A program made the position numbers and the translations under genes. From Mobula hypostoma (taxonomy: Eukaryota), in assembly GCF_963921235.1 (NCBI RefSeq), contig NC_086108.1:110734001-110798000 (forward strand): 64,000 nucleotides of DNA. The letters run 5' to 3'. Below are positions 38,550 to 51,425 of the stretch, piece after piece (within the stretch, counting starts at the first letter, position 1; each line of letters begins with the position of its first letter). Under the pieces are notes generated by a model that saw only the letters and a program-made list of their open reading frames with translations, was not told the DNA's origin and searched no databases.

Positions 38550-39707
38550 CATCTCTTGCTTCTTGAAAATTGAAATTAGAAATCCCTTCCCCCTTCCATT
38601 CCATGGCAACTGCTGAGTAACTGAAGTCTAGAAACATAAACTGTAAAGTTGGCTGTTCTTCGTGGCTCAGGAGATACAAAGCGAGGCTCTGAACAGACTT
38701 TACCATTTTAAGGAAAAACACTTCCATCACAACAGAGCACCAGGCACGCAGCCAACCACTGCAAGCTGGGGACCATTAGCGTAACTTTCCCCTACATTTG
38801 TGCCGAACTGCGGGCTTCATTTTCAAAGCAACACACGCAAAATGCTGGAGTTACTCAGGTCAGGCAGCTTCGATGGAAATGAATAAACAGTAGACATTTC
38901 AGGCCGACACCTTTCTTCAGGTCTAAGGAGGAAGGGGGAAGATGGGGAGGGGAAAGAGGCTAGCTGGGAGGTGATAGGTGAAGCCAGGCGGGTGGGAAAG
39001 GTCAAGGATGGGAGAGGACGGAATCTGATAGGAGAGGAGAGTGGACATAGGTGAAGGGGAAGGAGGAGGGGACAAGGGGAAAAGTAATGGGCAAGTGGGA
39101 AGAGGTAGAAGGTCAGAGGGGGGAACAGAGGAAGGTGGGGGGGGGTGGACTTGTTTACTGGAAGGACAAACAGATATTTATGACGGGCCTCACCAACGTG
39201 GGGGAGTCTGCATCGGGAGCACCGGGCACAACAGAGATGTACTGATCTCATATACATCAAAACACAAACATCACATTTCACTGTACATAACAACCAGCAC
39301 AACCGAAGGATGTGCGGGGGCAGCCTGCAAATGTCACCACACATTCCACAGCCACACTGCTCAGCAGAACCACACAAGCTCCAGAATAACAAAGTTGTGG
39401 GGGAAGCAGAGGACTACCAGCTGGAAGACATTTATTGCCCTCCAGTGATGCTGCCCCTGGTTCCTAAAGTTGTCATAGTTGAGGGGGGAGGTACTGAGGA
39501 TAAGTATGCACTATCTACTAAAATGCTACCAATGGTGCACATATCAAATGGCCTCTGACAACCAAGTCCCCCTCCTGGCCTTCATGTGTGACTTAGCTAC
39601 TAAGCCCGGCAGAATTGTTTCTACTGACAGGAAAAGGAACAAAGGCAGGTTACAGGCGCCTTAGAATCAGTCACTTCAGGCAGAATGTCTTGTGTTTATG
39701 ATTTACA

Positions 39708-39711
<4 letters not shown>

Positions 39712-39738
<27 letters not shown>
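39712..39738. repeat. (CT)n microsatellite
   Basis: Direct reading. Confidence 0.9.
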
Positions 39739-39739
<1 letters not shown>

Positions 39740-40852
39740 CCCAAGTAAATTTATCCATGTCCCACCAGCTTCAACTGGGCCTCTGTGTCTCACACACAAC
39801 ACACAAACACAGGCCTCCAGCCCCAGGCTAGCCTGCTTCCAGGCCTCCTACCCTTGGCTCTGGTTTCCTAGGCTTGCAAACATTGTGCCTCAAATTTCAG
39901 ATTTCTTGTCAAGATGGCATCACACTGTGATGTTGGTCAACGTCATGGCTCAGACTTTGTTTCTTTAGGTTCATAGGGCTGGTTTTGGGACAGTGCAGGG
40001 AGTTAGGATTCAGAGGCAAGGATGAGGGGGCGTTAGAGGTGAGCTTGCAAACCTTGCTCATCTTCCTGCCCACTCTTAAGGTTAACAGCACCATGAAAAC
40101 ATGGAAACCAGCAGAGAAAATGGACTTGGGCCCAAGATACCAGGAGATTAGAAACATGAGGGGAGATCTTATTAAAGGGGAAGATGACAGGTTGATGTTT
40201 CCACGAGTGGGAGAAGTTTGAACGAGGGACACGGTTATGAACAACACACAATGCTGGAGTGAGGGGACTAGTGCTGGAACCACTCAGCATAATCCTCATA
40301 ATCTAATCCTTGGCTATCAATTTCCCAGCTATAATCTTCTTTCAGCTATGATTCAGTGATGCCCACAACATCATACATGCCAATCTGCAATTATGCTACA
40401 GGCACATCTACCTTATTCCAAATACTACACACATTCAAATACAACACCTTCAGTCCAGTATTCACCCTTTTTCATTTAGTCCACCTCTTACACTGCAACT
40501 CATCCAGCTGACTGCAACTTTGCCCTATCATCAGCCTCTCCTCATGACACATTGCCTCTGCTTGTGAACCAGCTACCTCATCTTCAGCATTATCACTCCA
40601 GTTACAGGTCAGATCAGGATCCAGGGTTTAGGGACAGGAATGTAGGGGAGTTAGAGGTCAGGTTCGAGTTTAGGGACAGGGATGTGGGAGTTACGGGCCA
40701 GACTAGGGTTTAGGGTTTAGGGATAGGGATGTGGGGGAGTTAGAGATCAGATTAGGATTTAGGGACAGAGGGGTGAGGGTATTGATCAGCGGCAGTAAGT
40801 GAAAACTCTGGGCAGGAGTTCATGTCTAGGTCAAAGTGCTCCGTGTCGGAAT

Positions 40853-41972
40853 GGGGGTAAGGTATTGATGTGGATAGAGAATTGGTTAGCAGACAGGAAG
40901 CAAAGAGTGGGAATAAACGGGACCTTTTCAGAATGGCAGTCAGTGACTAGTGGGGTATCGCAAGGCTCAGTGCTGGGACCCCAGTTGTTTACAATATATA
41001 TTAATGACTTAGACGAGGGAATTAAATGCAGCATCTCCAAGTTTGCGGATGACACGAAGCTGGGCGGCAGTGTTAGCTGTGAGGAGGATGCTAAGAGGAT
41101 GCAGGGTGACTTGGATAGGTTGGGTGAGTGGGCAAATTCATGGCAGATGCAATTTAATGTGGATAAATGTGAAGTTATCCACTTTGGTGGCAAAAACAGG
41201 AAAACAGATTATTATCTGAATGGTGGCCGATTAGGAAAAGGGGAGGTGCAACGAGACCTGGGTGTCATTATACACCAGTCATTGAAAGTGGGCATGCAGG
41301 TACAGCAGGTGGTGAAAAAGGCGAATGGTATGCTGGCACTTATAGCGAGAGGATTCGAGTACAGGAGCAGGGAGGTACTACTGCAGTTGTACAAGGCCTT
41401 GGTGAGACCACACCTGGAGTATTGTGTGCAGTTTTGGTCCCCTAATCTGAGGAAAGACATCCTTGCTATAGAGGGAGTACAAAGAAGGTTCACCAGATTG
41501 ATTCCTGGGATGACAGGACTTTCATATGATGAAAGACTGGATGAACTAGGCTTATACTCGTTGGAATTTAGAAGATTGAGGGGGGATCTGATTGAAACGT
41601 ATAAAATCCTAAAGGGATTGGACTGGCTAGATGCAGGAAGATTGTTCCCGATGTTGGGGAAGTCCAGAACGAGGGGTCACAGTTTGAGGATAAAGGGGAA
41701 GCCTTTTAGGACTGAGATTAGGAAAAACTTCTTCACACAGAGAGTGGTGAATCTGTGGAATTCTCTGCCACAGAAAACAGTTGAGGTCAGTTCATTGGCT
41801 ATATTTAAGAGGGAGTTAGATATGGCCCTTGTGGCTAAAGGGATCAGGGGGTATGGAGGGAAGGCTGGTACAGGGTTCTGAGTTGGATGGTCAGCCATGA
41901 TCATACTGAATGACGGTGCAGGCTCGAAGGGCCGAATGGCCTACTCCTGCACCTATTTTCTATGTTTCTATG
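40853..41972 (+). mobile_element. CR1 family A 3' fragment
   Basis: Open RT C-terminal frame to the natural stop at 41881, then a TTTCTATG tail. Confidence 0.95.
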
Positions 41973-42279
41973 AACATCGGTGATCCTGGAAGGTTGTATT
42001 AGCAGATGCCAAGGAGATCAGTGGTCCCCAGATCAGAGACCGGTCCTGGATTGGAGCTCTGTATAGGTGGGGAGTCCTGGGTACAGGTGGGAATCAGGAG
42101 GGTTGGTGACCTCCCAGGTTACTGGGGTCGGAGGTCCGTGTAAATTGAGAAGCCAGAGTGTGAAGGTGAAGCCGAAAGTCAAAGTCCAGAACACGGTGCA
42201 TATAGAGGTAAAAGGTTGAAGGTCAAAGTTCTATGTTTGCACTGCTTATATTTTTAAATAAATTTCTTATTGTAACTTA

Positions 42280-44437
42280 CAGTGCCTTGAAAAAGTATTC
42301 AGCCCCCACAACTATTTTCACATTGTACTGTCTCGTTTTCCAAATTTAAAATATATTGAAGTAGGATTGTTTGAGCTAATCTACAAAGCATCATGTCCAA
42401 TCAAAAGAAATATTCCAAAACCTGTCAAAAATTTACTAAAATTGAAACCAAAATTGTGAGGCTGTAAAGTATTCATCTCCTTTCTAATGACTACACTAAC
42501 TTTCCTCAGGTGCAATACTGTATATTACCTTGGCAAGTCACCCAATTTATTGATGTAGAAAATTGGAAGATCACCTGTTTGTAATGAATTCACAAGAATA
42601 AATACCCCCTCTCTCTGTAAGGTCCAACAGTATGGTAGATTTTCAACAGACCAAACCAAAAAAAAAAGAGCATTCAAGACAAGTCAGGGAAATGATAATA
42701 GAGAAGCACAAACTGGGGCAAGATACTAGACCACCTCAAAAGCACTGAACATACCTCAGAGCTCTGTGCAGAACATTGTGAAAAAGTGGAAAAAACATGA
42801 AACCACAGCCACTCTGCCTAGGTCAGGCCACCTCTCTAAACTTAAGTCACTGGAGAAGAATGGCACTTGTAAGAAAGACTAGTGTGATGCCAACAGTCCC
42901 TCTGAGTGAGTTGCAAAAGTCAGTGGCTGTAACTGGAGATGAAGTTCATGGCTCCACAATCTCTAAGGCCTTGGACAAAAAAGGGTACTTATGGAGAATG
43001 GCAAGGAAGAACCGTTAGCTAAATAAAAAGCATATCCTCGCCTGTAAAGACTTTGCAATGTGCTACTTAGAATATACTAAGGAGATGTGGAAGAAGGGCT
43101 TGGGTTGGATAAGACTAAAATGGAACACTCTGGACTCAACTCTAAGCAGTACATGTGGCAAAAACCTAATACTGCACGTCAGCCAGGTAGCACCATTCTT
43201 ACTGTAAAGTATCATGCTAAAAGGATGCTTTTCAGCAACAGGGACAGGAAATCTGGTCAGGATTGATGGGAAGATGAATGCTGATAAATACAGAGAGATT
43301 CTGGATAAAAATCTGTTGGCCTCCGCCAGGAAGCTTAAACTGGAGGGGAGGTCCATCTTTCAGCAGGAAAACAACCCAAAACACACTGCCAGAGCAACAA
43401 AGGAGTGGATTCAAATGAAGAAATCACATGTCCTTGAGTGGCCCAGTCAGTCCTGGTCTTTACCTGATCGAACATCTCTGGCAAGACCTCAAGATTGCTG
43501 TCCACCACTGCTCCCCAACTAATCTGGCACCACTAGAGCAATTTTGCAAGGAGGAGTGGGCAAATCCTGCCCCATCACATTGTGCAAAGCTAATAGACCA
43601 CAAGACCATAAGACAAAGGAGCAGAAGTAGGCCATTCGGCCCATCGAGTCTGCTCCGCCATTTTATCATGAGCTGATCCATTCTCCCATTTAGTCTCACT
43701 CCTCCGCCTTCTCACCATAACCTTTGATGCCCTGGCTACTCAGATACCTATCAATCTCTGCCTTAAATACACACAATGACTTGGCCTCCACTGCTGCCCG
43801 TGGCAACAAATTCCATCGATTCACCACCCTCTGACTCAAAAAATTTCTTCGCATTTCTGTTCTGAATGGGCACCCTTCAATCCTTAAGTCATGCCCTCTC
43901 GTGCTAGACTCCCCCATCGTGGGAAACAACTTTGCCACATCCACTCTGTCCATGCCTTTCAACATTCGAAATGAGGTCTCCCCTCATTCTTCTAAACTCC
44001 AAGGAATACAGTCCAAGAGCGGACAAACGTTCCTCATATGTTAACCCCCTCATTCCCGGAATCATTCTAGTGAATCTTCTCTGTACCCTCTCCAACATCA
44101 GCACATCCTTTCTTAAATAAGGAGACCAAAACTGCCCAAATCTGAGTACTAATAGTGACTTATCCAAAAAGACTACTGGCTGTAAGAGCTGCGAGAGGCG
44201 GTTCAGCTAAGTACTGAACGAAGGGGGACGAATACTTCCGAACTGCTGACATTTCAGTATTTGAATTTTTACTTTTTCATGCTTTACAATTTTCTATTTT
44301 CTGGCTCTACTGTGATAAAAAGGAGAATGTGATTCACAAATAAAAATTCTCAGTTAAATTGATCAAACCCCCTGATCGTAATATCCATTTGTGTGAACAA
44401 AGGGGTTGGGGGGGGGTTGAATATTTTTACAAGCCTA
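42280..44437 (+). mobile_element. Tc1-family transposon (same family as 137-1759), decayed, with CR1 insertion
   Basis: TA followed by TIR CAGTGCCTTGAAAAAGTATTCAGCCCC. Transposase fragments [16 protein letters not shown] and FQQENNPKH. Degenerate right TIR near 44413-44437. Confidence 0.9.
43597..44148 (-). mobile_element. CR1 3' fragment inserted in Tc1
   Basis: Near-identical to ~7224-7770 in reverse orientation. Flanked by CTAATAG at 43590-43596 and 44149-44155. Confidence 0.9.
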
Positions 44438-47084
44438 TATTTTTAATAGTTTCTTTTAACATATTGCACAGTACTGCGGCCACAAAACAACAAATTTCAC
44501 GGCACGCGTTCTGCAGCATCCATCTTTAAGACCCTGCTCACCCAGGACATGCCCCCTTCCTTGTTACTACCCCGTAGGGAACAGGGTTCAAACTTCAAAT
44601 ATTTATCAAAGTATGTATACATTATACAACTGAGATTCCTCTCCTAATAGGCAGCCTTGAAACAAAGACAGCCCAAAAAGAATATGAATGAATTATATAT
44701 CCATCTATCAATGTGCAGAGAAAAAAAACACATCATGCAAACAGTAACTGCAAGCAAATAGTGTTTCTGATTTGAAGTCCGTGAAGTGAGTCCCATAGTT
44801 AAGTGCAGAGTCAAGTAAAAGCTGTGGAGCAGTGACCTTAATCAGCCCGTACTTTGCCTCAGGCCCCTACGCCCTAACCTTATCAATCTGGCCCGGCCCT
44901 TAAATCTCTGTCCAAACAACAGGTCCTGCCGCTTGGACATGAGGAGTTCGCCGCCTCGATTCGGCTTGTAAACCTCTGTCTGAACATCAGCACGCTCTGG
45001 GGCTCGCATCCCACAGCTTCCATTTGGCCTGTGCCCAACCCTTCACGCTCTCGGCTTCCGGCTCGCCGCTTTGCCTCGCCTTGGTTCTGCCGCACCAAAT
45101 TGCTCCCAAGTCCAAAGGGAAGTTGCAGACTATTACTTGCAATGACTTTGCCAGAAAAGTGTGGTTAACAAAGTTGCTTTCCTTGTTTCGTTAGCTACCA
45201 GCCACGAGTCACCAGCGCCATCTTAAACCACCTGTCAAAATGTTGCACAGAGACACCTCTCACTCCCTGCGCAGGTGATTAAGATCGAGATATCATACGT
45301 ACTGAGAGTGGTATCATTCAATCTGAAACCAGATGCTATTCTAAACCAATTCAAACTATGACGACTGGAGTTGATAAGTTTGCTATGGTACATTGGGAAA
45401 CAAGACAAACAGTTAACCTGGAAAATCTTGAAGAGTTATTGAATTCTTTTGGTCCTGTACAGTAGCCTCCCCACCCCACCCCCCATACCAGACAGTGATA
45501 CAGCCTGTACACAGTATGTTGGTTTAGTTTTCACTTCTCATTAAATGGATTTTTAATTTTGTTCTGTCTTGGAAAAATTGTGTTTATTTTATGTTTAATT
45601 TGTTTTTTTCCCCTTGAGAATGTGTTTATCAGACACTCTGTGCTTGTCATACTGTTGCAAGTAAGTTTTTCATTGCAGCTGTGCGTGCACACTAGTGCAG
45701 ATGTCAATAAACCCGACTTTGACTTTGTTAGCGAGGGGATTAAGTATCGTATGTCCAAGCTTGCAGATGGCACTGTACGGGCTGTGAGGACGGTGCAGAC
45801 ATTTTCCGAGGGAAGTCATTAAGGGAATGAGTGGGAGGCAAAGGGAAAGAAAAAGTGAATTATCTTGTAAATGCTGAGACTGACAGATGTTGGAGAGACC
45901 CTTTGTACACACGAGGGCATAGATTTATGATCTGAAGTGAGGGATTTAAACGAGACACCGGGGGAAGCTTTGTCACACAAAGTGTGGTGCACATTTGCGC
46001 CTGCTTCACCGTTCCATCATGGTCCCATCCTCCTGCCCTCTCCCAGTAAACTTTGATGCCCTGATCAACCCCGGCTTTCATATACCTACTGACTGCACTG
46101 TACTGCAATAAATAAATTTAAAATGCTAGTTATTCAACAGGTCAGGCAGCATCCACGGAGGAGAATCAATGGCCAACATTTTGGGCTCAGACCCTTCGTC
46201 GGGAGTCCAGCTGCCGGACTGGCTGAGCTCCTCCAGCATTTTGGTGTGCAGCCCTCACCAGCTCCCCATAATGCCTCTTCATAAGGAGAGCTTGTTGCTC
46301 CTTATTTCCACCTACAAACTGCTCTTAAACGAGAGGATGGACAAACCTGGGTTGTTTTCTCTGGAATGGCAGAGGCTGAGCGGAGATCGGATAGGGGTTC
46401 ATAAGTTTCATTTATTTAGAGATGCAGCATAGGATTGGCCCTTCAAGCCTCACCGCCCAGCAACCCATACTCAACCTTAACCTAATCACGGGACAATTTA
46501 CAATGCCCAATCAACCTATAGCAGTGCATCTTTGGACTGTGGCAGGAAGCCAGAGGACCCAGAGAAAACCCACACATTACACCGGCGAGGACGAACAGAG
46601 ACTCCTTACAGGGGACACTGGGACTGAACTCCAACATCCACACCAGAGCTTTAACAGCATTGCCCAAACTGCTATACTACCATGGGGCTACAGGTTTACA
46701 AGCGACACAGAGTAAACAGATAGCATCTTTCTCCCAGGGATGAGATGTCTAATACCAGAAGGCGTGCATTTAAGGTGAAACGGGGTAATTTCAAAGGAGA
46801 TGTGAGGGGCAAGTTACTTACAGAGAGTGGAGGGTGGTGGTAAAGGCAGATACATTTGGGACTTTTAAAAGTCGTTTAGATAGGCACATGCACATGAGGA
46901 AAATGGAAGGATATGGCCATTGTGAATTGAATCGACTTTATTTATTATATCCTTCAAATACATGAGGAGTAAAAGTCTTTACATCTCCATCTAAATGTGC
47001 AATCGTAGTAATTTATAATAAATAGAACAGTCAAAGTCACATAGAACTACACCCAAATCTGCGTGAGTTAATCTGTCCGAGAGG

Positions 47085-49155
47085 CAGACCACCGACTTTA
47101 TCCGCTCAGGGGATCTCCCATCCACTGCTACCAACCTTATAGTTCCCACACCCCGCACTTCCCGTTTCTACCTCCTACCCAAGATCCACAAACCTGCCTG
47201 TCCTGGCCGACCTATTGTCTCAGCTTGCTCCTGCCCCACCGAACTTGTTTCTGCATACCTCGACACTGTTTTATCACCCCTTGTTCAATCCCTTCCGACC
47301 TATGTTCGTGACACTTCTCACGCTCTTAAACTTTTCGATGATTTTAAGTTCCCTGGCCCCCACCGCTTTATTTTCACCACGGATGTCCAGTCCTTATATA
47401 CTTCCATCCCCCATCAGGAAGGTCTCAAAGCTCTACGCTTCTTTTTGGATTCCAGACCTAATTAGTTCCCCTCTACCACCACTCTGCTCCGTCTAGCGGA
47501 ATTAGTCCTTACTCCTAATAATTTCTCCTTTTGCTCCTCCCATTTCCTCCAAACTAAAGGTGTAGCTATGGGCACCCGTATGGGTCCTAGCTATGCCTGC
47601 CTTTTTGTTGGGTTTGTGGAATAATCTATGTTCCGTGCCTATTCTGGTATCTGTCCCCCACTTTTCCTTCGCTACATCGACGACTGCATTGGCGCTGCTT
47701 CCTGCACGCATGCAGAACTCGTTGACTTTATTAACTTTGCCTCCAACTTTCACTCTGCCCTCAAGTTTACCTGGTCTATTTCCGACACCTCCCTCCCCTT
47801 TCTAGATCTTTCTGTCTCTGTCTCTGGAGACAGCTTATCCACTGATGTCTACTATAAGCCTACTGACTCTCACAGCTATCTGGACTATTCCTCTTCTCAC
47901 CCTGTCTCTTGCAAAAACGCCATCCCCTTCTCGCAATTCCTCCGTCTCCGCCGCATCTGCTCTCAGGATGAGGCTTTTCATTCTAGGACGAGGGAGATGT
48001 CTTCATTTTTTAAAGAAAGGGGCTTCCCTTCCTCCACTATCAACTCTGCTCTTAAACGCATCTCCCCCATTTCACGTACATCTGCTCTCACTCCATCCTC
48101 CCACCACCCCACTAGGAATAGGGTTCCCCTGGTCCTCACCTACCACCCCACCAGCCTCCGGGTCCAACATATTATTCTCCGTAACTTCCGCCACCTCCAA
48201 CGCGATCCCACCACTAAGCATATCTTTCCCTCCCCGCCTCTCTCTGCATTCCGCAGGGATCGCTCCCTACACAACTCCCTTGTCCATTCGTCCCCCCCAT
48301 CCCTCCCCACTGATCTCCCTCCTGGCACTTATCCGTGTAAGCGGAACAAGTGCTACACATGCCCTTACACTTCCTCCCTTACCACCATTCAGGGCCCCAA
48401 ACAGTCCTTCCAGGTGAGGCATCACTTCACCTGTGAGTCGACTGGGGTGATATACTGCGTCCGGTGCTCCCGATGTGGCCTTTTATATATTGGTGAGACC
48501 CGACGCAGACTGGGAGACCGCTTTGCTGAACATCTACGCTCTGTCCGCCAGAGAAAGCAGGATCTCCCAGTGGCCACACATTTTAATTCCACATCCCATT
48601 CCCATTCTGACATGTCTATCCTCTACTGTAAAGATGAAGCCACACTCAGGTTGGAGGAACAACAATATTCCTCCACACTCAGGTTGGAGGAACAACAATA
48701 TTCCGTCTGGGTAGCCTCCAACCTGATGGCATGAACATCGACTTCTCTAACTTCCGCTAAGGCCCCACCTCCCCCTCGTACCCCATCTGTTACTCATTTT
48801 TATGCACACATTCTTTCTCTCACTCTCCTTTTTCTCCCTCTGTCCCTCTGAATATATCCCTTGCCCATCCTCTGGGTTCCCCCCCCTTGTCTTTCTTCCC
48901 GGACCTCCTGTCCCATGATCCTCTCGTATCCCCTTCTGCCTATCACCTGTCCAGCACTCGGCTCCATCCCTCCCCCTCCTGTCTTCTCGTATCATTTTGG
49001 ATCTCCCCCTCCCCCTCCAGCTTTCAAATCCCTTACTCACTCTTCCTTCAGTTAGTCCTGACGAAGGGTCTCGGCCTGAAACGTCGACTGCACCTCTTCC
49101 TAGAGATGCTGCTTGGCCTGCTGTGTTCAACAGCAACTTTGATGTATGTTGCAGG
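47085..49155 (+). mobile_element. Penelope-like retroelement (RT + GIY-YIG endonuclease), 5'-truncated
   Basis: RT motifs DVQSLYTSIP, GVAMG, RYIDD and LPFLD; YYKPTDSHSYL; CxxxxCxxC linker; GIY-YIG VIYC...LLYIGET. In-frame stops near 47463 and 47622. Confidence 0.93.
49053..49090 (+). ncRNA. Minimal type-I hammerhead ribozyme motif in Penelope terminal repeat
   Basis: TAGTC-CTGACGA-AGGGTCTCGGCCT-GAAA-CGTC-GACTG. Predicted cleavage after C49085. Confidence 0.75.
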
Positions 49156-49193
49156 GATTAGTTTAGTTGGCTTTCTGATTACTAATTTAATCG

Positions 49194-49400
49194 ACACACA
49201 CAAAATGCTGGTGGAACGCAGCAGGCCAGGCAGCATCTATAGAAAGAGGTACAGTCGACGTTTCGGGCCAGGACCCTTCGTCTTACTATCTCTTCTTCCA
49301 GTTACTCCTGACGAAGGGTCTCGGCCCGAAACGTCAACTGTACCTCTCCCTATAGATGCTGCCTGGCCTGCTGTGTTCCACCAGCATTTTGTGTGTGTTG
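49194..49400. repeat. Inverted repeat of Penelope terminal sequence (arms ~49194-49282 and ~49310-49398)
   Basis: Arms of about 88 bp are reverse complements with a few mismatches, separated by a ~27-bp spacer. Confidence 0.85.
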
Positions 49401-50919
49401 CTTGAATTTCCAGCATCTACAGATTTCCTCGTGCCTGCACGAACTTAATCGGTTGGGTACAACATTGTGGGCCGAAGGGCCTGTTCCTGTTCTCTGTTCT
49501 ACCACCGCCCCCCCCACCCTTCTGCAATCACCTTAACTTTATGCACCCTGCTATTAACTACTGCCCAAGGCGGTAGGAGTCTCTGGCTGTCCACTCTACC
49601 GAGTCACCTCGCATCCTCCTTCGCTCCAAACAGAAAACCCCTAGTTTGCAGTTAAAAAAACAAGAGATTCTGCAGATGTTGCAAGTCCAGAGTCCTAGCT
49701 TGCTCAACTTTCCCCCAGAATACTTCCTCGTAAGAAGAGCTTGTTGTTCGCGATTTCTGCCCTGCAGTTTAAATTTAAAGCTGGCAGAACGTATTAACAA
49801 TCGGCAGGTCACCGGTGCTGAGAAAGCCTCCCGCGAGGGTTTATCCCACCGCTGACCGATTCCAACACGGGACACGGGGTAACATGCTGTGTTGATCTCA
49901 CAAAGTGAAACAAGTCTCCCCAGCCAGTCACCAAACACAAACAGTAGGTAAAAAATAACCCTGCAAGCCCATTATTCTTTCCCCTCCATCAGCAAATGGA
50001 CGCTCCTTCCTTAATATTTAATGCCCCGATGACTCTTAATGAGATAAGGTCTCTCCTCAATGTTAGACAGTGACCCGGAAGTTTAGGAACCCTTCCGTTT
50101 GTTTTCAAAGTTTACTTTAAATAATAGGGCAGGAGTTATAAATAAACAAGAGAGGATAGTTTCTTTACACTTTTGGAAGATTTTGGACATAAAGCTTCAG
50201 AAGGATAACACACTTCCTAGAGACTTAGTGTCTCCTTACACTCGCTTCCCCATACAGTTAGATTAATTAGAATGCAAAGCAAGGGCCGTGTGGAGAGACT
50301 GCTCATAAGATGGCAGGCGCAAACACACAGTGGGCGTTTATGTTATGAAGGTGATGAGAAAAGGCGCTTAAAACGGAAATGAGAGGGAGCGAGAGAGAGC
50401 AATAAATCATATAGACAAGAGATTCTGGATTTCCAGCAGAGTAACACACACACTCACAATGTTGGAGGAACTCAGCAGGTCAGGCAGCATCTATGAAGGA
50501 GAGGAAATACCTGGCCCGTACTCCTTCCATTCCTCCACCTTTTTATTCTGGTGTCTCTCCCCCCACCCCCTTCCTTTTCAGTCCTGACGAAGGGTCTCGG
50601 CCTGAAAATTGAGTAGGTATTCCTCTTCGTGGATGCTGCCTGACCTGCTGAGAGATGGGGAGGGAATGCGTGTGTATGAGAGAGGGAGGTTTTGTGTGTG
50701 TGTGTGTGTGGGGGGGGGGGGGAGAGAGAGAGGTTTACTTCGGCGATGGGGAAGGATGAAAGTTAAGTGTGAGACCTGATAGTTCAAAGAAAGGTTAACA
50801 ACCCTGGAGTTTAGATGGAAGTGAAACTGGGCTCCCACACCAACTCTGTCTAAACAGCATTATTAATGCCTCGAACAGTACTATAATAATTGGTTGAAGT
50901 GGTCACATTCGCATTACAG

Positions 50920-51425
50920 TGACCGAGTGGGGGCCCCCGCACCCGGAAGGATCGGCCCTGCAGTCACTGACTGCACAGTTGTAACCTGTCGCGTTGACTG
51001 TAAATTGTTGTAAAATCAGCACGTCCTATCAGATGTGTGGACAGCCCCCACCCATCACGGGGAAGGGGCTATCACGGGCAGCGTGGGCCGAATGCGCGCA
51101 GTGGGAGGAATGGCGCTGAGTAGCGGCGGCTCCGCCCTGCTGCGGGCTCCGTCCCCGGGTAACCGGCTCACCTTAAGCCGCTTGATGCCGACCTCAAAGC
51201 GGAGCTGTTCCACTAGCTTCCTGGTAGCGACCAGGTTGCCGGTGCCGGACATTGTCGGAGGCGGCGGGCTCTTCTTTCCCCTCTCTCTGTCCTCTCCGGT
51301 CGGGTGCTGAGCGAGGGTCCGTCTCTCTGAGCTCCCTCCTCGGCTCTCACCAGCGCTTTTTCCGGTTTCCCTTCAGAACGCTAGTGGGGCGCCCCGTAAT
51401 GTTCAGAAGCGGAGCAGCAGCGAGG
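50920..51425 (-). promoter_or_regulatory. CpG island / promoter and 5'UTR region of GNG5
   Basis: GC- and CpG-rich stretch around the first coding exon in an otherwise CpG-poor window. ETS-like CCGGAA on the minus strand near 51360-51365. Confidence 0.65.
51172..51252 (-). CDS. GNG5: G-protein gamma subunit (GNG5-like), first coding exon
   Basis: ATG with A at -3. Reads MSGTGNLVATRKLVEQLRFEVGIKRLK (27 codons), then a GTGAGC donor in phase 0. Lies in a CpG island. Confidence 0.85.

Noticed and set aside
40700..40730. Interstitial telomeric array
   Set aside because: Only two to three TTTAGGG-like units inside a degenerate longer repeat.
51055..51171. C-terminal part of the 65-aa ORF 51055-51252 as GNG5 coding sequence
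   Set aside because: It is read-through past the GTGAGC donor; the true continuation is the exon at 33067.
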